A stretch of DNA of 64,000 bases from Leptogorgia sarmentosa. Its lineage: Eukaryota. Positions 51,367 to 64,000 of this stretch are shown here, piece by piece (the first letter of the stretch is position 1; the number at the start of each line of letters is the position of its first letter). Where the stretch lies: assembly GCA_964658305.1 (NCBI GenBank), contig OZ210885.1:11594001-11658000 (forward strand), written 5' to 3'. The notes below the pieces were generated by a model that worked only from the letters and a program-made list of their open reading frames with translations, was not told where the DNA came from and searched no databases. Made by a program: the position numbers and the translations under genes.

Positions 51367-51702
51367 TCAATTGATCCCCAATAGCCGATAGGACAAATAA
51401 ATACCTGGTTGTGGAGAAATGGACTCTGAATTTTCAGCAGCCTTCAACAAGCGACGAATCCCAGAGTAGTAGTATACATGACTAGAGTGAACTCTTCTCA
51501 CCGTTGGGAAACATTTGCGAACAATAAATCCACATTCTCGCGCCGAAATGTCCTTAAAATTAGTGCTTAATTCCTCCAAAACTTCTGAACATTTGACACG
51601 AGCGGTGTTATCGACTCCAAATATGTTGGACAACCTACCAAATTCAGCAGACTTCAATTTATAGTTCATTGTGGCACTTTCAAAAATTGCAAATCTTACC
51701 AT
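51367..51702 (-). CDS. Small RFX-type winged-helix-like protein (possibly first exon 51702-51405 of a longer gene)
   Basis: VKCSEVLEEL...ISARECGFIVRKCFPTVRRV...YYYSGIR resembles the RFX DNA-binding pattern (FGK.IR.VFP.....R....Y.Y.GI). Donor CCAG|GTATTT at 51405. Confidence 0.55.
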   Translation of the reverse strand: MVRFAIFESATMNYKLKSAEFGRLSNIFGVDNTARVKCSEVLEELSTNFKDISARECGFIVRKCFPTVRRVHSSHVYYYSGIRRLLKAAENSESISPQPGIYLSYRLLGIN

Positions 51703-51990
51703 TTACAACGAATTTCACGAAAATCAGACGATACGAATGGTTTCGATTTACCATTCTTTCTATCATGTGAGCTCGAGGCCACCATCTTGTTCGACTGACC
51801 GATATATTAATTAAATGGGTAGAACTGTGCTGTATGCTGTATGTTATGATGCATCATGCATAATTTATACATATTATCACCGTGACGCATTTAAAGGGTG
51901 CTCCCAAACGGTGCTAAAAGCTTGTCTCGCAATTTTTTTTTGTGAATATTTTTTTATTTTGTGATTACAATTACACAAATTATAAAGATT

Positions 51991-52213
51991 ACACAATGTG
52001 ATCCCAATTTTTAAAAAATATCAGTATGTTAAAGATATTTTATCATTTTAGGGTACGTTTTAGGTACGTGTATCTAGTAAAAAGTTATGCAGTTTAGCAG
52101 TTATGTCACCTAACACACAATGTGACCTCAATTTTTAAAAGATATCACTATGTTAAAGATATTTTATCATTTTGGGGTACGTTTTGGGTGTGTCTAGTAA
52201 AAAGTGTTGCAGT
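51991..52213. repeat. Imperfect about 100-bp direct repeat, two copies
   Basis: acacaatgtga...tatgttaaagatattttatcatttt...ggtacgtttt...tctagtaaaaagt...gcagtt at about 51991-52093 and 52115-52213. Confidence 0.75.
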
Positions 52214-55174
52214 TATATGATATAATGCACAATATAACCCCAACTGCAAAACTTTAAATAAGTCATTTTTCAAATTTGTCGCAAAAATGGGCGTTGTCTA
52301 TAGCCGTTTAATATTTTTTTGGAGGATTTGATGTTATCATAACATGTTGACAAAAGTCATCCCTGTTTAATAACAATAAAAAGCTGCTGTACCAAGGCTT
52401 CCAGTCCCCCGAGAAATATTTTCTCGTATTAGCTGCTCCAAAGGCAGGGGTATCATGGGGTGCCACCCACTCATTGTCGCTGGATTTAGGATTTATAGAC
52501 GAGAATAGGAGATGAAATACAGAGCACAGTATATAGCAAACTGTTGGGTCATATTTTTCAAAAATTATGAATAGTTATTACTCATGTTATTCCGAATCGC
52601 TTTCAATATCAGACAATTCTTCAACATCCTCTTCATCTTCAGACTGCACGTTGGTATCCACTGCTGCACCCTCGAAATCAATTAAATTTTCCACATCATC
52701 CATAGAAAGATTCCACAACTCAGCCTGCATAAGAACAGTCTCACCAGGCGGAAGACCGAAAAGCTTTTTCAATTCAAACAATTCATTCTGAAGCCTTGTA
52801 CGCATACGCAAAAGCTGGTGCTTAGAACCTAAAGAAAATCTATGGCTGCTTCTACTTAGATCACCAATACTAGCGAGCTTTCGGTCAATCTTACAACACA
52901 TATTGGTGTAACAGGACAAAAGTCTTTCCTTTTCGACCGCTAAAAGCTGTTCCTCCTCCTCACACCGTTTCAAAAAAAGATGTAGATCAACAGCTTTTCG
53001 CTTGGTGTACATTGGTATTTGAATTGGAGCCTCAACTGGGTCACAGATTTCACCTGAGTCGAGATCAGAAAACAGTTCAGATTGCGGATCATTAACCTGA
53101 TCAAACGTCATGCGTTCTGGCAATCCATTAATGTAATCGCCAAGAGAATCTGTTGTTGCATTGCATTTCTCTATGGTAAGCTTCATCTTGTTAGTGACCT
53201 TGGTAATTTGTCTAGAGAGACGAATTGCTATTTGCTGCCCATCTGAAAGACATAAAAAAGAACAACTAAATAACTACTGTAGCTAATGAGTGATGGGTGA
53301 TTAATTGGATGCATTTTAATTTCTTGGAATGAATTAAGATGAAAAACACAAAATTACCTGCATACTTCTTCTTTAGTGTTAATAAGAAATGCCGTTCAAT
53401 GGAAAGTACATGCAGTGCATTTATCGTGTCTTTTCGTCGTTGGTTGTTAATTTGCAATGCAGCGGCGTCAAATTCTTGATCTCCGGGTTTCCATCTCTGC
53501 CTAACAGAATGCCGAGATTCCATGGCCTTCAAAGACTTTTGTATACTATAAAATATGATTAATGTATGCAACGACACAAAGAAACTGGAATTAATTAAAA
53601 GTGTGAATACCACGATACTGTACCTGTAAAGCTTCTTGGACATTTCATGAACTGACGGATCCTCCGTTGTTACATCTTCACCTTCCTCATAACTTCCACA
53701 CGCTGCAACACTTCTAAAATATTTTGTGAAAAAGTGAACAACGTGGTAGCGCTATTTTAGGTAATACAGCAAAAAATTAACTTACCCACAATTCAACAAA
53801 CTCTTTCAATAATTACGTCACTTACACTTACATGCCGTACATTATGTAAAAACTATTACCAGTAGTTTGAATGTATAAAAGATTGTTGCTTTCAACAAAA
53901 ACCAAATCAATAAATATATATGATTATAGTCTTCTATCTGAAAATCTTTAGTTTACCTTAGTTGCTTATAATGAAGCAGGTTTTTAACATATTTGACTTT
54001 CCATGTCTCCTTGGTTTGGCGATTTTCTACAAGAACAACAAATTTAAATAGTAAGTATATTGCCAAATCCAAGTGCAATCCTAAAGATTATCAATACCTT
54101 AGCCGGCCAATATTTACACAAGCGCCTACTCAAAGTCTCAAAAATAGTTAAAGTTGCAAGTAAACTAATAACTGAATACGAAGTTATACATATAAAATTT
54201 TTCAGTTTAACATAATATATACCACGAGTCTTGTTCAAGATTGTTTCCTTTTCCCTGGCTTCCCAGACAGCAACTATATCAGGACTGTATTCAACTAGAA
54301 AAAGTATGTGCAGAGTACAACGGTAAAAAGTTATAGGTGTTCGCTGTCCAGACGATCTGAACGTTGTAATCTAATAAAGTTAATGGTAATAACGTCTAAC
54401 AATTCCAGCAACCTACTGGGTTTCTAATTTCACACATATGTGATGAATAGCAATGATCCTGATCTAAGAAGCCCTAACACTACACAATTCCCGTAAACTA
54501 TTAATGACAATTATATTATTGGGTTGCAACGTGCGGATTGGGTGCGTGTTCATATGCTTGTATGAAAGATACTTACTCGGTAATTGGCTAAACAGTTCCC
54601 GTAGTTCAGTTTGTGTCTTAATTTGAAGATCTTTGCATTTCTTAAGTTTGGTCAAAAGCAATTTACCTTAAGTAGAAAAAGAGATAATAGGCAATTTTCC
54701 CTTGTGAACAATACTTACAACACGGTCTACTATAGGGTGGAATATTCTATTTAACCTATATTTGGATAATATCGAACGAAAAGACACTGTCTCGCAAAAA
54801 ATTCGACATTTCTGTGGAGAATTTAAGCTAGAATTTGAAGTTTGAGCAATGCAAGGATAATTTTTTGAGAAATCAGACGATATTAGAACAAAAATGATGT
54901 ATATAGCCAATATTTGATGTTGCGAATTTCATATATTTATGGCAAGAAAATCATCATTCAAAAATCAAAGGCCGTTGTCACTTAAAAGACGGATTTTTTT
55001 GATACATTATGCGCAAAGTTAGCAACCACTTGAAAATTCCTTTCGAAATTCGGAAAAATCTGCTTTCTGATGCAATAAGAGAAAAATACGAAGAAATAAC
55101 AAGCAAAAATAGCTTTAAAATTTATTAGCACACTGCACGCTTAAAAATAATTTCTTAAGAGAAATATCAGCGGG

Positions 55175-55413
55175 AATGTCCTGGATTTATCCAAGACAAA
55201 ATTAAAATGTCCTGGATTTATCCAAGACAAAATCAAAATGTCCTGGATATATCCAAGACAAAATGAAAATGTCCTGGATTTATCCAAGACATAAAATAAA
55301 AATGACCTGGATTTATCCAAGACAAGATCAAAATGTCCTGGATATATCCAAGACAAAATGAAAATGTCCTGGATCTATCCAAGACATAAAATGAAAATGT
55401 CCTGGATTTATCC
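55175..55413 (+). repeat. Tandem array, about 8 x 31 bp (aaatgtcctggatttatccaagacaaaatg)
   Basis: Directly visible; contiguous units without unique spacers. Confidence 0.95.
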
Positions 55414-56365
55414 TGCAGACTTAAATATTAAATATAATTAAATTATCCACTTTTAACGACAATTATATAAAGTATAAATATAAAATTACACGCAGTTCAC
55501 TATGCATGTGCTTAAGAAGCCGGGCCTTATTCTCCAAAACGACACGACTATGATTATGCAGCGCATGCGACAGCGCCACTACAGTCTACAGACATCGATT
55601 AGTCATGAATTGCATGGTGTAACCCCTTCTTACAGTCCCAGTGTCTTTTTCGTAAATGCAGATGTCTTTTCCCGCAGAGATAGCTACAGATATATGTTCG
55701 TTGTATGGGAGTGTTTGATAGATCATTCAGTGCCAATAACAAATTGCAGCACTACGTTCTGTAGTTTACATTTATCTGAAATAGATAAAGATACAGTATA
55801 AATAGATTTATTTGAAATTTAATCTTCAAAATACTATTAAATATGATATGAATTAAAATATGTCATTGTGCGCGTGGACAATTGTAGTCGCAATTACGGC
55901 CGGTGAAAACAGTGAGACCAAGGACCAACAGAAACAGATATATGTATATATATATTGTCTCCAAGCAATATCCGTTCTTAATCAGAAGTTCCTGTCATAA
56001 ACAACTAAATTGTGTTAATGTCAGAAAATATTTTACACCTATATAAATCTCAGTCAAATTGAGTATACTTAAAACGACCTGAGTTGAATGCGCTTTTCAG
56101 TATAATTGATTCTATCAAATCTATAACATGGTACAATACTCACAAAATTAGATCAATTATACTGTGCTCATAAGATAAAAAGTGCCCATGTCATTTATCT
56201 ATCATAGTCAGTTCAATAGATGGTACAAACATTATCATACAGTGCGTCGTTATATAAATAGCATGTCCCAACGTCCTTACCTGAACCTGTGGTATAACCC
56301 GTAAAGAAATCATCAATCGACATCGCGGATAACTACGGAAGAGTAGACCGATCCACAAGCGGCTA

Positions 56366-56775
56366 CCGTAAATGCTCTAATTAACGCCCCCTATCGAATA
56401 AACGCCTCTTATCTAATAAACGCCCCCCACTAATGGGTAAGTTTGTATTAGACGCCTCTCTCTATTAAACGCCCCGTATCTAATAGACGCCCCCCGAATC
56501 GCCTTAATGCTTAAAGCAATTATAAAGGAAACGCTACACACAGTAACACTAAATTATTTATTTATTTGGTGCCTTGTGCGGTTGTCGTGCTTAACAGTGG
56601 CGTACATATACTATACATGTTATAGTATTAGTTTTTGTTTTGTTTTGTTTAGCAGTAAAGTTATAGAGATGAAATAAACGCCTCTCTCTATTAAACGCCT
56701 CATATCTATTAAACGCCCTCCCTAGAACCGCTAAAATTTATTAAACGCCCCGGGCGTTTATTAGAGCATTTACGG
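56366..56775. mobile_element. Tc1/mariner-pogo-type MITE
   Basis: TA|CCGTAAATGCTCTAAT...ATTAGAGCATTTACGG|TA; internal aaacgccyc repeats. Confidence 0.85.
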
Positions 56776-58272
56776 TATTTAACAACAGATGAAACATGAT
56801 TCGGCTTCTGAATGTCTGTCTTCTTAATTGCTTTGTCTGCCATAAGTCGCCATTGATTTAGAAATTTAGTGTGACATCCTGGTTGTCCATGCAAAGTACT
56901 CAATGATTGGTAAACATATTTATGAATTAGTGAACGAAGCTTCGTTCGCTAACTGTGGCCAGTGTTATATAATGTGAGACCAGTCTTGTGCTTGTAAGAC
57001 AATCTAACCAAACAATGCCTAAGTTCAAAGTCCTCGCTGCAGGCGCCAGAAGTTTGATTTGACAATAACGGACACATCAGCCAATGTTCAACCAGATTTC
57101 ATTATAAGCAGTGTTCCTATTGGGTAATCACATTGGGCCCACAAGTAATCTTTGGATATCAAGTTCACATGCACGCTCATCTGTCTTCTTTGTGTCAAAA
57201 TCCACAGTTTTTCAGTTAAATAATTTGAAGTCTGTTAGTTTAGAGGTACGGTCTAAAACGGTAAGTTATTGAAATGTATTCACGCTTCAAACAGGATTCA
57301 TATCGGTTGTTCACCAAACAAGGAATTATCGCGAATATAATTGCTAATACGAACAGTTATAGCTACAAGACATGAAAGGCTCAATGCGGCATTGCTTGTA
57401 TACCGAGTTATATCTGATCAGGTTGATTAGCGGAGGGTGAGCTTTCCTTACGCACGAAATACAGTTTGTGGAAACTTATTCCTTTGTATAAATATATTTG
57501 TTGCGTATTTATGATATTAGGCTACACTAATGATAAATTAATCTAGCATGTGGCCAGTGTAGATAACGGATCGATCATAACATCAACAATTAGCTAAGCA
57601 GCAAAGCTTTACTTGTTCCCGAAATAATACAAACAAATTCGGATTTTCCGGTAAATCGTTTACGTAGGGAGTAGAAGTTGATGTTACTATCGAATACGCA
57701 TATATTCCGCCGCGGATTATGTCGCTGTAATGTCTGTATTTCATATATGTAACTGCATGTATCGATTTTCAGAGTATGCATGCATTTTGCACACAATCGC
57801 ATGCTCTCCATTTACGCGAGAATCGATTTTAGAGACATACGATTAATACGAATATATATAGTCAGGAGTATTCGCTATATTCTCCTTATATGCATGAAAG
57901 TGCATGCACGGGACGAGGAGAACCATACAGTTATGTATAAAGATAATACGACGATATATGCATGTAATATCGTCGGTAACTGAATATATACCTTAATTCG
58001 GCTAATCTCCTTGGAACTTTCAGGTATAAAAGGGCATATATACACAAGCTGTGTCGCATTGGGGCATTCCTGTCTCCTATAAACAGCTGGTATTATCATT
58101 TGCGAACACATCAATGACCTACGGTTTTACACGGCATGGACCATATTCAACATATACCTCTGAACGTAACATAGATTTCAAATTATTCAACGGACGTACT
58201 GTGCGGAGTTGTGGCGCACAAAGAATTCAACCCGTGTTTTTATAACCTTTCCATTTTATGTCATTTATTAAT

Positions 58273-58525
58273 CATTTTGTCTTGGATAAATCTAGGACAT
58301 TTCCATTTTGTCGTGGATATATCTAGGACATTTTCATTTTGTCTTGGATAAATCCAGCTAGGACATTTTCATTTTGTCTTGGATAAATCCAAGACATTTT
58401 CATTTTGCCTTGGATATATATATCTAGGACATTTTCATTTTGTCTTGGATAAATCCAGGACATTTTCATTTTATGTCTTGGATAAATCCAGGACATTTTC
58501 ATTTTGTCTTGGATAAATCCAGGAC
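58273..58525 (-). repeat. Tandem array, about 8 x 31 bp, inverted relative to 55175-55413
   Basis: cattttgtcttggataaatccaggacatttt units are the reverse complement of the left array. Confidence 0.95.
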
Positions 58526-61411
58526 CTTTTTTTGAAGTTTCAGTACCTATTTTATCAATGTTACCTGCATGCTGATATTGTTTCTATTGAACAGTTTTGG
58601 CATTAGAATAAATTTTGATTTCTTTTTTATACCAATCTGCAGAGATTTATCCATAACGGAAAATCTTCTTCCTTTTTTGACAAAATAAAAACAAATTTCT
58701 CCACAAGAAAAAAATAGTTTCGATTTTCTTGCAAGTTCGTGTTAAATACAAATGAAAGTGCCAAGTTTTGAGCTAAATAGAATATTCCACTCTATCGTAG
58801 AACGTGTTTTACATACGTGTGGTAAAATAATTTATGTATTCATCTTTAAACGAAACAAACCCGAATTTCTAAAATTTCTCCGAGACAAATGGAGAAGTGC
58901 ATCTGTTAATAGATCTATTCTGCGACTAGCTGACATTTCCTTGGTGATTGAAGAGAACCCACGAAGGTAGGACCAAAGTCTCTCGATAGCCTCTCCATCA
59001 GTAAGTCCGAATCCTTCAAGTCTTCTGGGACTAAATTCTACCTATTGGAAGCAACGTTTGTAAAAATTGTTAAAGTCAAAATGATCATGTTCAGTAAATG
59101 AAACAAGATAAAGACTATCAGTTGATTCACGTTGCACCACCAACAAAGTCTTACATCGTCCATGCGGTTATTTGGTAGTAATTGTACTGTCAGTATCTAA
59201 CACTGCACCTGACATGAAGCTTTGTGACCATAACAGTGAAAAATTGGGACAGCTATCGATATCTGAGAAAGAAAGTCATCTCTACCATTTGCCTATAAGA
59301 CATAAAAGCTGAGAGACCAAATGCAATGAGTTCAACCATGATGAAAGGCTTTTATTTAACCTTAATTGGACATTCCTATGGGATCGATTACAAACTTTTC
59401 TGCAATTTAAACATGCAGCATACCTGGAGATGCGATGATAGAATACATCCGATATCGTACATTACTTTTACATCAACATTTGAATTGCTATTATCCGCTT
59501 TCAGTAGGTGTTCCAGTTCAAATATTGAGTAGGAAATTCTAAAAGAAAAAAATATTTGCAACTGTGTTTAATCTACTAAATAGTGCATTCCCAAGAAAGG
59601 TTCCATTTGTAATGTTTCAAAGAGTACTGCTGTTATTATTATTTAGTTTCTCTGGTTCTCATTGACAGACTTTGCATTGTTACTGTAACAGTACCTTTCG
59701 CCATATTTAATGCTCAGGAATCTTCCAGGGTGAGTGTGTCGGCTGCAGCAACTTCCAAATACTCCTTTTTCATCAAAAAGGTTATTTTTTCCTTTTGATC
59801 GAAGTGCTTCAGTTACTTCTCCTGCTTTAAATGTCTGGCAACTCTTAGAACAAGAAAAATATGAAACGGAAGATTTTAGTGTTACATGTGATAATTACAG
59901 TTAACTATAAGTGTGTGGACATACCCATGTAGTGTACTACAATGTATATGTACATTACACTGCGTGATTGTACCTCTCCCTCAATTTTTTTTGACTTGCT
60001 ATAATTATCAACAAAGTTATCTACTTCATCCTGATCAGCAAATTTAATGCAACCGTGGTTTGGGGTTGTATAACTGTTTCCAGCAGTTTTTTTCCTGGTA
60101 AGGCCAAAACAAGCATCAAATGAGTGAATAGCCACACCTGATTCACCATCCTATAATGACATACATGTATCACATATATTCAATTTGTACTGTATTTCAC
60201 TGCTAGCTCATCTGAATGTGGGCAAAGGGTCTGTTTAGTAATGTGGCTTACAAATCTACCATGAATTTGAGAACAAAGTAAAGAATATTGAAGGAGAAAT
60301 TTTGTAGTTTTAATTGAAAAATGGATTTCTATTTGGCAACTAATACCAGTCTTTCTGTGTTCCCAGATCACCTGGCATAACATACTAATAAGACCATATG
60401 ATGCTGCAGTTACCTGTGGACAGAGGTAGCACTTTGTGTGATCAATCAGGTCACTACTTATGAGCTCTAATGATCAGACTCTATGCTTGAAATATCTATT
60501 GGGATAAAGGTACAAAAACTTAAAATTATTGAATACAGTTACATATTAAGTGAGATGCTAAATTTTTATTGTACAAAACATATTGAGCCACCTTAATACA
60601 ACTTATTGCACTTAATCCACCTAATCATCCTACCGATATTCGTCAAATGATCCACCATTCAATACTGCATAAATGCTTTTGATCTTAATATGAAAGAAAA
60701 ACTGTATTCAGATTCTTTCAATAACATGAGGGAGGATGCCATTTGAGGTAAACTATAGAGTACATGGTACTTTTAGTACGGTGCTCACAGTTTACTTATG
60801 ACAGATTTTATTCAAAACCTATTAACAATAACATACAATCTAGTACACCTTCCCCATGAAAAACTGTCTAAAATAAAATTGGCTAGTAAAAGCTAAAGTA
60901 CACTTTACTGTAATTTCATGTTGATACTGTAATTACTATAGGTCAAATTAAGACATTGCGAAGAAATGTATACAGGCATGTTTCCAGATTTGCAGTACTG
61001 TTATACTATTAGATTATTATACAGTACATACCAGCTTAGGTAACATGTCCGGATATTCAGTTTCAATAGAGCTGCAAAACTTATGCAAGGACACATGACT
61101 CTCCAACAAAAACTTTTCAGCCAGATCCATTAAGTTGAAATGAAAAGCAACTTTGGGTTTGGCAGGTGACCCAGGCCAGAGCTGAAGTTTTACCAGAGTT
61201 GCAGCATCACTCACACACTGACAGAATTCCACTTGCTTCAAATGTTGTCGGCCTACATGAAAATAAGGAGGAATCATTACAGTACAATGGTAATAAAATA
61301 CATATAACAACAAACATGACTTTTGATCTTCGGAAGTACGTACTATGTACACTTTGCAATCCCTATTGACTGTATACAGTGGTTCACGTCTCACTTCAGT
61401 TTAGTGCACAT

Positions 61412-61670
61412 ACTGTATAAATGTTAAGCCACAGAAGGGGGGGGGGGGGGTCGAGCATATATGGGGCATTTGATTTTTTAGAAAATTCTCAATCAAATTC
61501 CCTACCATTGGACAATAAATACTATATTAATAACAGTTACTTGGAACCTTCAAATTCCTCCAACTCAGGTTCAGAATGTCAATCAAAATCCCCAGGGTGG
61601 GTATGCAATTGATAATCAAATGCCCCACATATGCCCGATCCTCCCTTTCTGTGACTCAACATTGATAGGT
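61412..61670. mobile_element. MITE in transposase intron 2
   Basis: Imperfect about 65-bp IR aatgttaagccacagaaggg...gcatatatggggcatttgatt / aatcaaatgccccacatatgccc...ttctgtgactcaacatt. Confidence 0.6.
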
Positions 61671-63654
61671 TATAATTAATGTTGAGCATATTGAATATAC
61701 TGTACCTCTTTCATCAACACAGGTTATGATACGAGTCTCTGCAGTTGGGCAGTTAACATGTTGTGGATCATGAAGTACGTAAGAATTGCCAAGGAGCAAG
61801 GGTACAAACATTTCACAATCATTCTTAAAGAAATAAGAACTACAAATTAAAATACTTTATATCATAAGAAGCCAATAGAAAAAATAGGTACACAAAGTGT
61901 ACATGTATCTGCGCCTATGTAGGCTTGAAATGTTTGATGATCAAGTCTTATTTGTTTTCAGCTTTTCGATACACGCATCTTATCTGTCCCTAATACGCGA
62001 TCTTGCATGTATAAAATGGTTTACTGCTAGGGAATAGGCGAATGGCGCAAATAGTAATTCCTTTCAAGACGTGAGGTTGACAGGTTGTGCGGAGACGTAT
62101 TCAATACTTGATATAAGCTTTCATGACTATCTCGCATTCCGGAATTCCTGCGATTATATATCAAATTGCATAAGGAATTGAAACTTGACGACATATGATA
62201 TCGCATTTTATGTTATTGCGTCTTTAAAATAGACACAGCGCTTTGCGATTGTTTGTGAAAAATGTGGCTCTCTAAAAACCAAATTTACCCTTTTCAATAC
62301 CGTATCATAATAATATATTTATATACAATATATTCCGTCCATTCATGCGCATTTGCGTAGACGCTAAAGTGTATGTATGATCGGTATGCGCAGTGCGCGT
62401 AGGTTCAAAACAGAATACTTGAAACTATATATGATTTCGTTTGTTTTGTCTCGCGCTTAATAAACGCACAAACCCTGGTTATTACAAGCTACGAAATCTA
62501 TTTTCCTGGGATTGAGTGTTCCAACCATTCCGTATGGCCAAGCGTCAAAATATAGTATATATTCCGTGATCACAATGACATCGCGGGCAGTCCAAACATG
62601 TACAGTGTGTCAGTGCGACAGTTCCGACACGCTAAAGCCTAAAGTATCGTAGGGAAAATATACGCGCAATTGTGTCAAGTCATTAAACTCTTTCATAACC
62701 TTAAATATTTGCTGTGTTCAATTGTATAAATTGCGTCATGATATTTTTGCTTTGATGATCTAAATTGCATAGCGAACGCGAACCTCTTTAATTAATATCT
62801 TTAAAAGTAATGCCAATGTCTGCAATTTGCGTCATGATATTTTTGCGTATAAATTGCCTTAGTATAAATAGTGTTCTAAGCGGCGAAAACGCTCATAAAT
62901 TAACCTCTATTTCAGTGAAGGGACTCGTCGCTGCGAACATTATATTTCTTTTTATCTGGATATTCATAGGAAACAAAATCCACGATCAAACAGACAAACA
63001 CATCACCACTCTTTAGCTCGCGCCTATATCAGCCGCCATTTACAAACAAATTACCATACCTTTCAAAGCATCACTAAGGGAAATTATGCAGTTACATTAA
63101 ACACCTTTTTACCTTCCAAACTTCAACAACATGAAACACGTTTCTTGTTAAATGAAGCTCCTCTGCACACTGATGACAAAAATATTGATTTTGTCCGCAA
63201 TCAAGACATCTTATTTTAGCATTTCGCGCCTGTGACCGTCCCTCTTCAACACATTTTACACAACATTGGTCGGGTAGCATAGCAGAAACTTCAATATAGG
63301 TTTTAACAAGCTTATCTTGCAAAGACTTCCAACACTCGCCTTCATTTATCCTCCTTCTTTCATATCTCGACCTTAACTCTTCTGCTTCGTCTACAGATTC
63401 TATACGATGATCACCGTCCGCCTCAAACTCTTCGCTATTATTCGGCAAAAAATTACTAACACGAAGAGATGTTTCTTCCTGAAATAAACCTACCCTATTT
63501 GAGGAAATAGGGATATTTTTTCTCGCGAGTTTTCCAGTCGTAGTGTATGTCTTGACTTTTAATGAGTATGGTTTCACACGATATCCACCCTTTCTGGACG
63601 CCATTTTTACTTATCATTCAAAACATGGGACTGCAGTCCTGTAATCAGCGGCAC

Positions 63655-63747
63655 AGGTAGCTTAGGTAACAACCTGAGATGGTTATATCCCGCATTCTAA
63701 ATTTTAGAAGTGTGGCTATTACCCATTTAGAATGAGCGAAACGGGTG
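63655..63747 (-). repeat. Right terminal inverted repeat (93 bp)
   Basis: aggtagcttaggtaac...atttagaatgagcgaaacgggtg; 93 of 93 match to the left TIR. Confidence 0.97.
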
Positions 63748-64000
63748 GCCAAAAAAGCATATTCGGTAATATATCACTATTCTGCTGAAGCTGTGCATTA
63801 TCATAACTTCGGTAGCGAATTCTCATCTACAAACAATTTGGCTCAAACAATTTGGCGTACAGCTAAACGCTATTGCATTTATTGTTAAAACTGTTGAGCA
63901 ATATTTTTACCTATAACAGGAAGTTTGTATATGAGAAGCGTAGCTACATTGGATACAGGATCGCTAAGAGAGAAGAACACATTTTCACCAAGGCGGAAAA

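Larger units (their letters stand above)
54719..58808. mobile_element. 4.1-kb non-autonomous TIR element inserted in transposase intron 10
   Basis: About 35-bp TIR aacacg(g/t)tctac(t/g)atag(g/a)gtggaatattctattta; 4-bp flanks TTAC/TTAC; mirror-image subterminal tandem arrays. Confidence 0.75.
52587..63604 (-). pseudogene. KDZ-type transposase with N-terminal CxC cysteine cluster; 16 exons, 944 codons, one in-frame TGA
   Basis: Exons 63604-63113, 61823-61706, 61252-61032, 60683-60634, 60495-60414, 60150-59974, 59843-59695, 59538-59424, 59292-59209, 59041-58861, 54666-54577, 54294-54223, 54026-53957, 53713-53624, 53545-53358, 53242-52587 (2835 nt, phases consistent). Motifs: CVKC..IRCLDC..FCHQC..H..FH..EVW; FCQC..LWPGSP..PKVAF; CYLCP; SFDACFGL; GVFGSCCSRH..GE; MYDIGC; VPIFHCYGHKASCQ; GFGLTDGEAIERLWS. 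TGA at 60474-60476. Confidence 0.88.
46008..63747 (-). mobile_element. 17.7-kb KDZ (Kyakuja-Dileera-Zisupton)-type DNA transposon with cargo genes
   Basis: Perfect 93-bp terminal inverted repeats enclose a KDZ-type transposase and three other genes. No clear TSD. Confidence 0.88.

Noticed and set aside
50795..51405. Fusion of the RFX-like exon to the pseudokinase
   Set aside because: The candidate acceptors I tried give stops before the kinase frame; left as separate genes.
55175..58525. The two about 31-bp semi-palindromic arrays as CRISPR arrays
   Set aside because: Units are contiguous with no unique spacers, there are no cas genes, and the context is a eukaryotic intron.
60474..60476. 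TGA as selenocysteine or programmed readthrough
   Set aside because: The position is not in a Cys or redox motif and I recognised no SECIS element; a nonsense mutation is simpler.

Overview
AT-rich, intron-containing animal genomic DNA. A marine invertebrate, probably a cnidarian, is inferred from the repeat types and gene content. The left part (921-35830, minus strand) holds at least 14 in-phase exons of one large STAND NTPase gene with the order HEPN-like N-terminus (RNPWAH), 21-nt heptad coiled coil, NB-ARC, WD40 repeats. It runs off the window start, has a tandemly duplicated WD40 exon, and its introns are full of MITEs and palindromes. A decayed Penelope-like element with hammerhead-like inverted ends lies at about 37190-39285. 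The right part (46008-63747) is a 17.7-kb DNA transposon bounded by perfect 93-bp inverted repeats. It encodes a 16-exon KDZ (Kyakuja-Dileera-Zisupton)-type transposase with one premature TGA and three cargo genes: a pseudokinase, an RFX-like winged-helix ORF, and a 6-exon homeodomain + HMG-box protein. The C-terminal half of that protein resembles the N-terminal domain plus I-repeat of vertebrate TFII-I (GTF2I). All exon models were built by hand from GT-AG sites and codon phase; domain calls come from motif recognition, not database searches.
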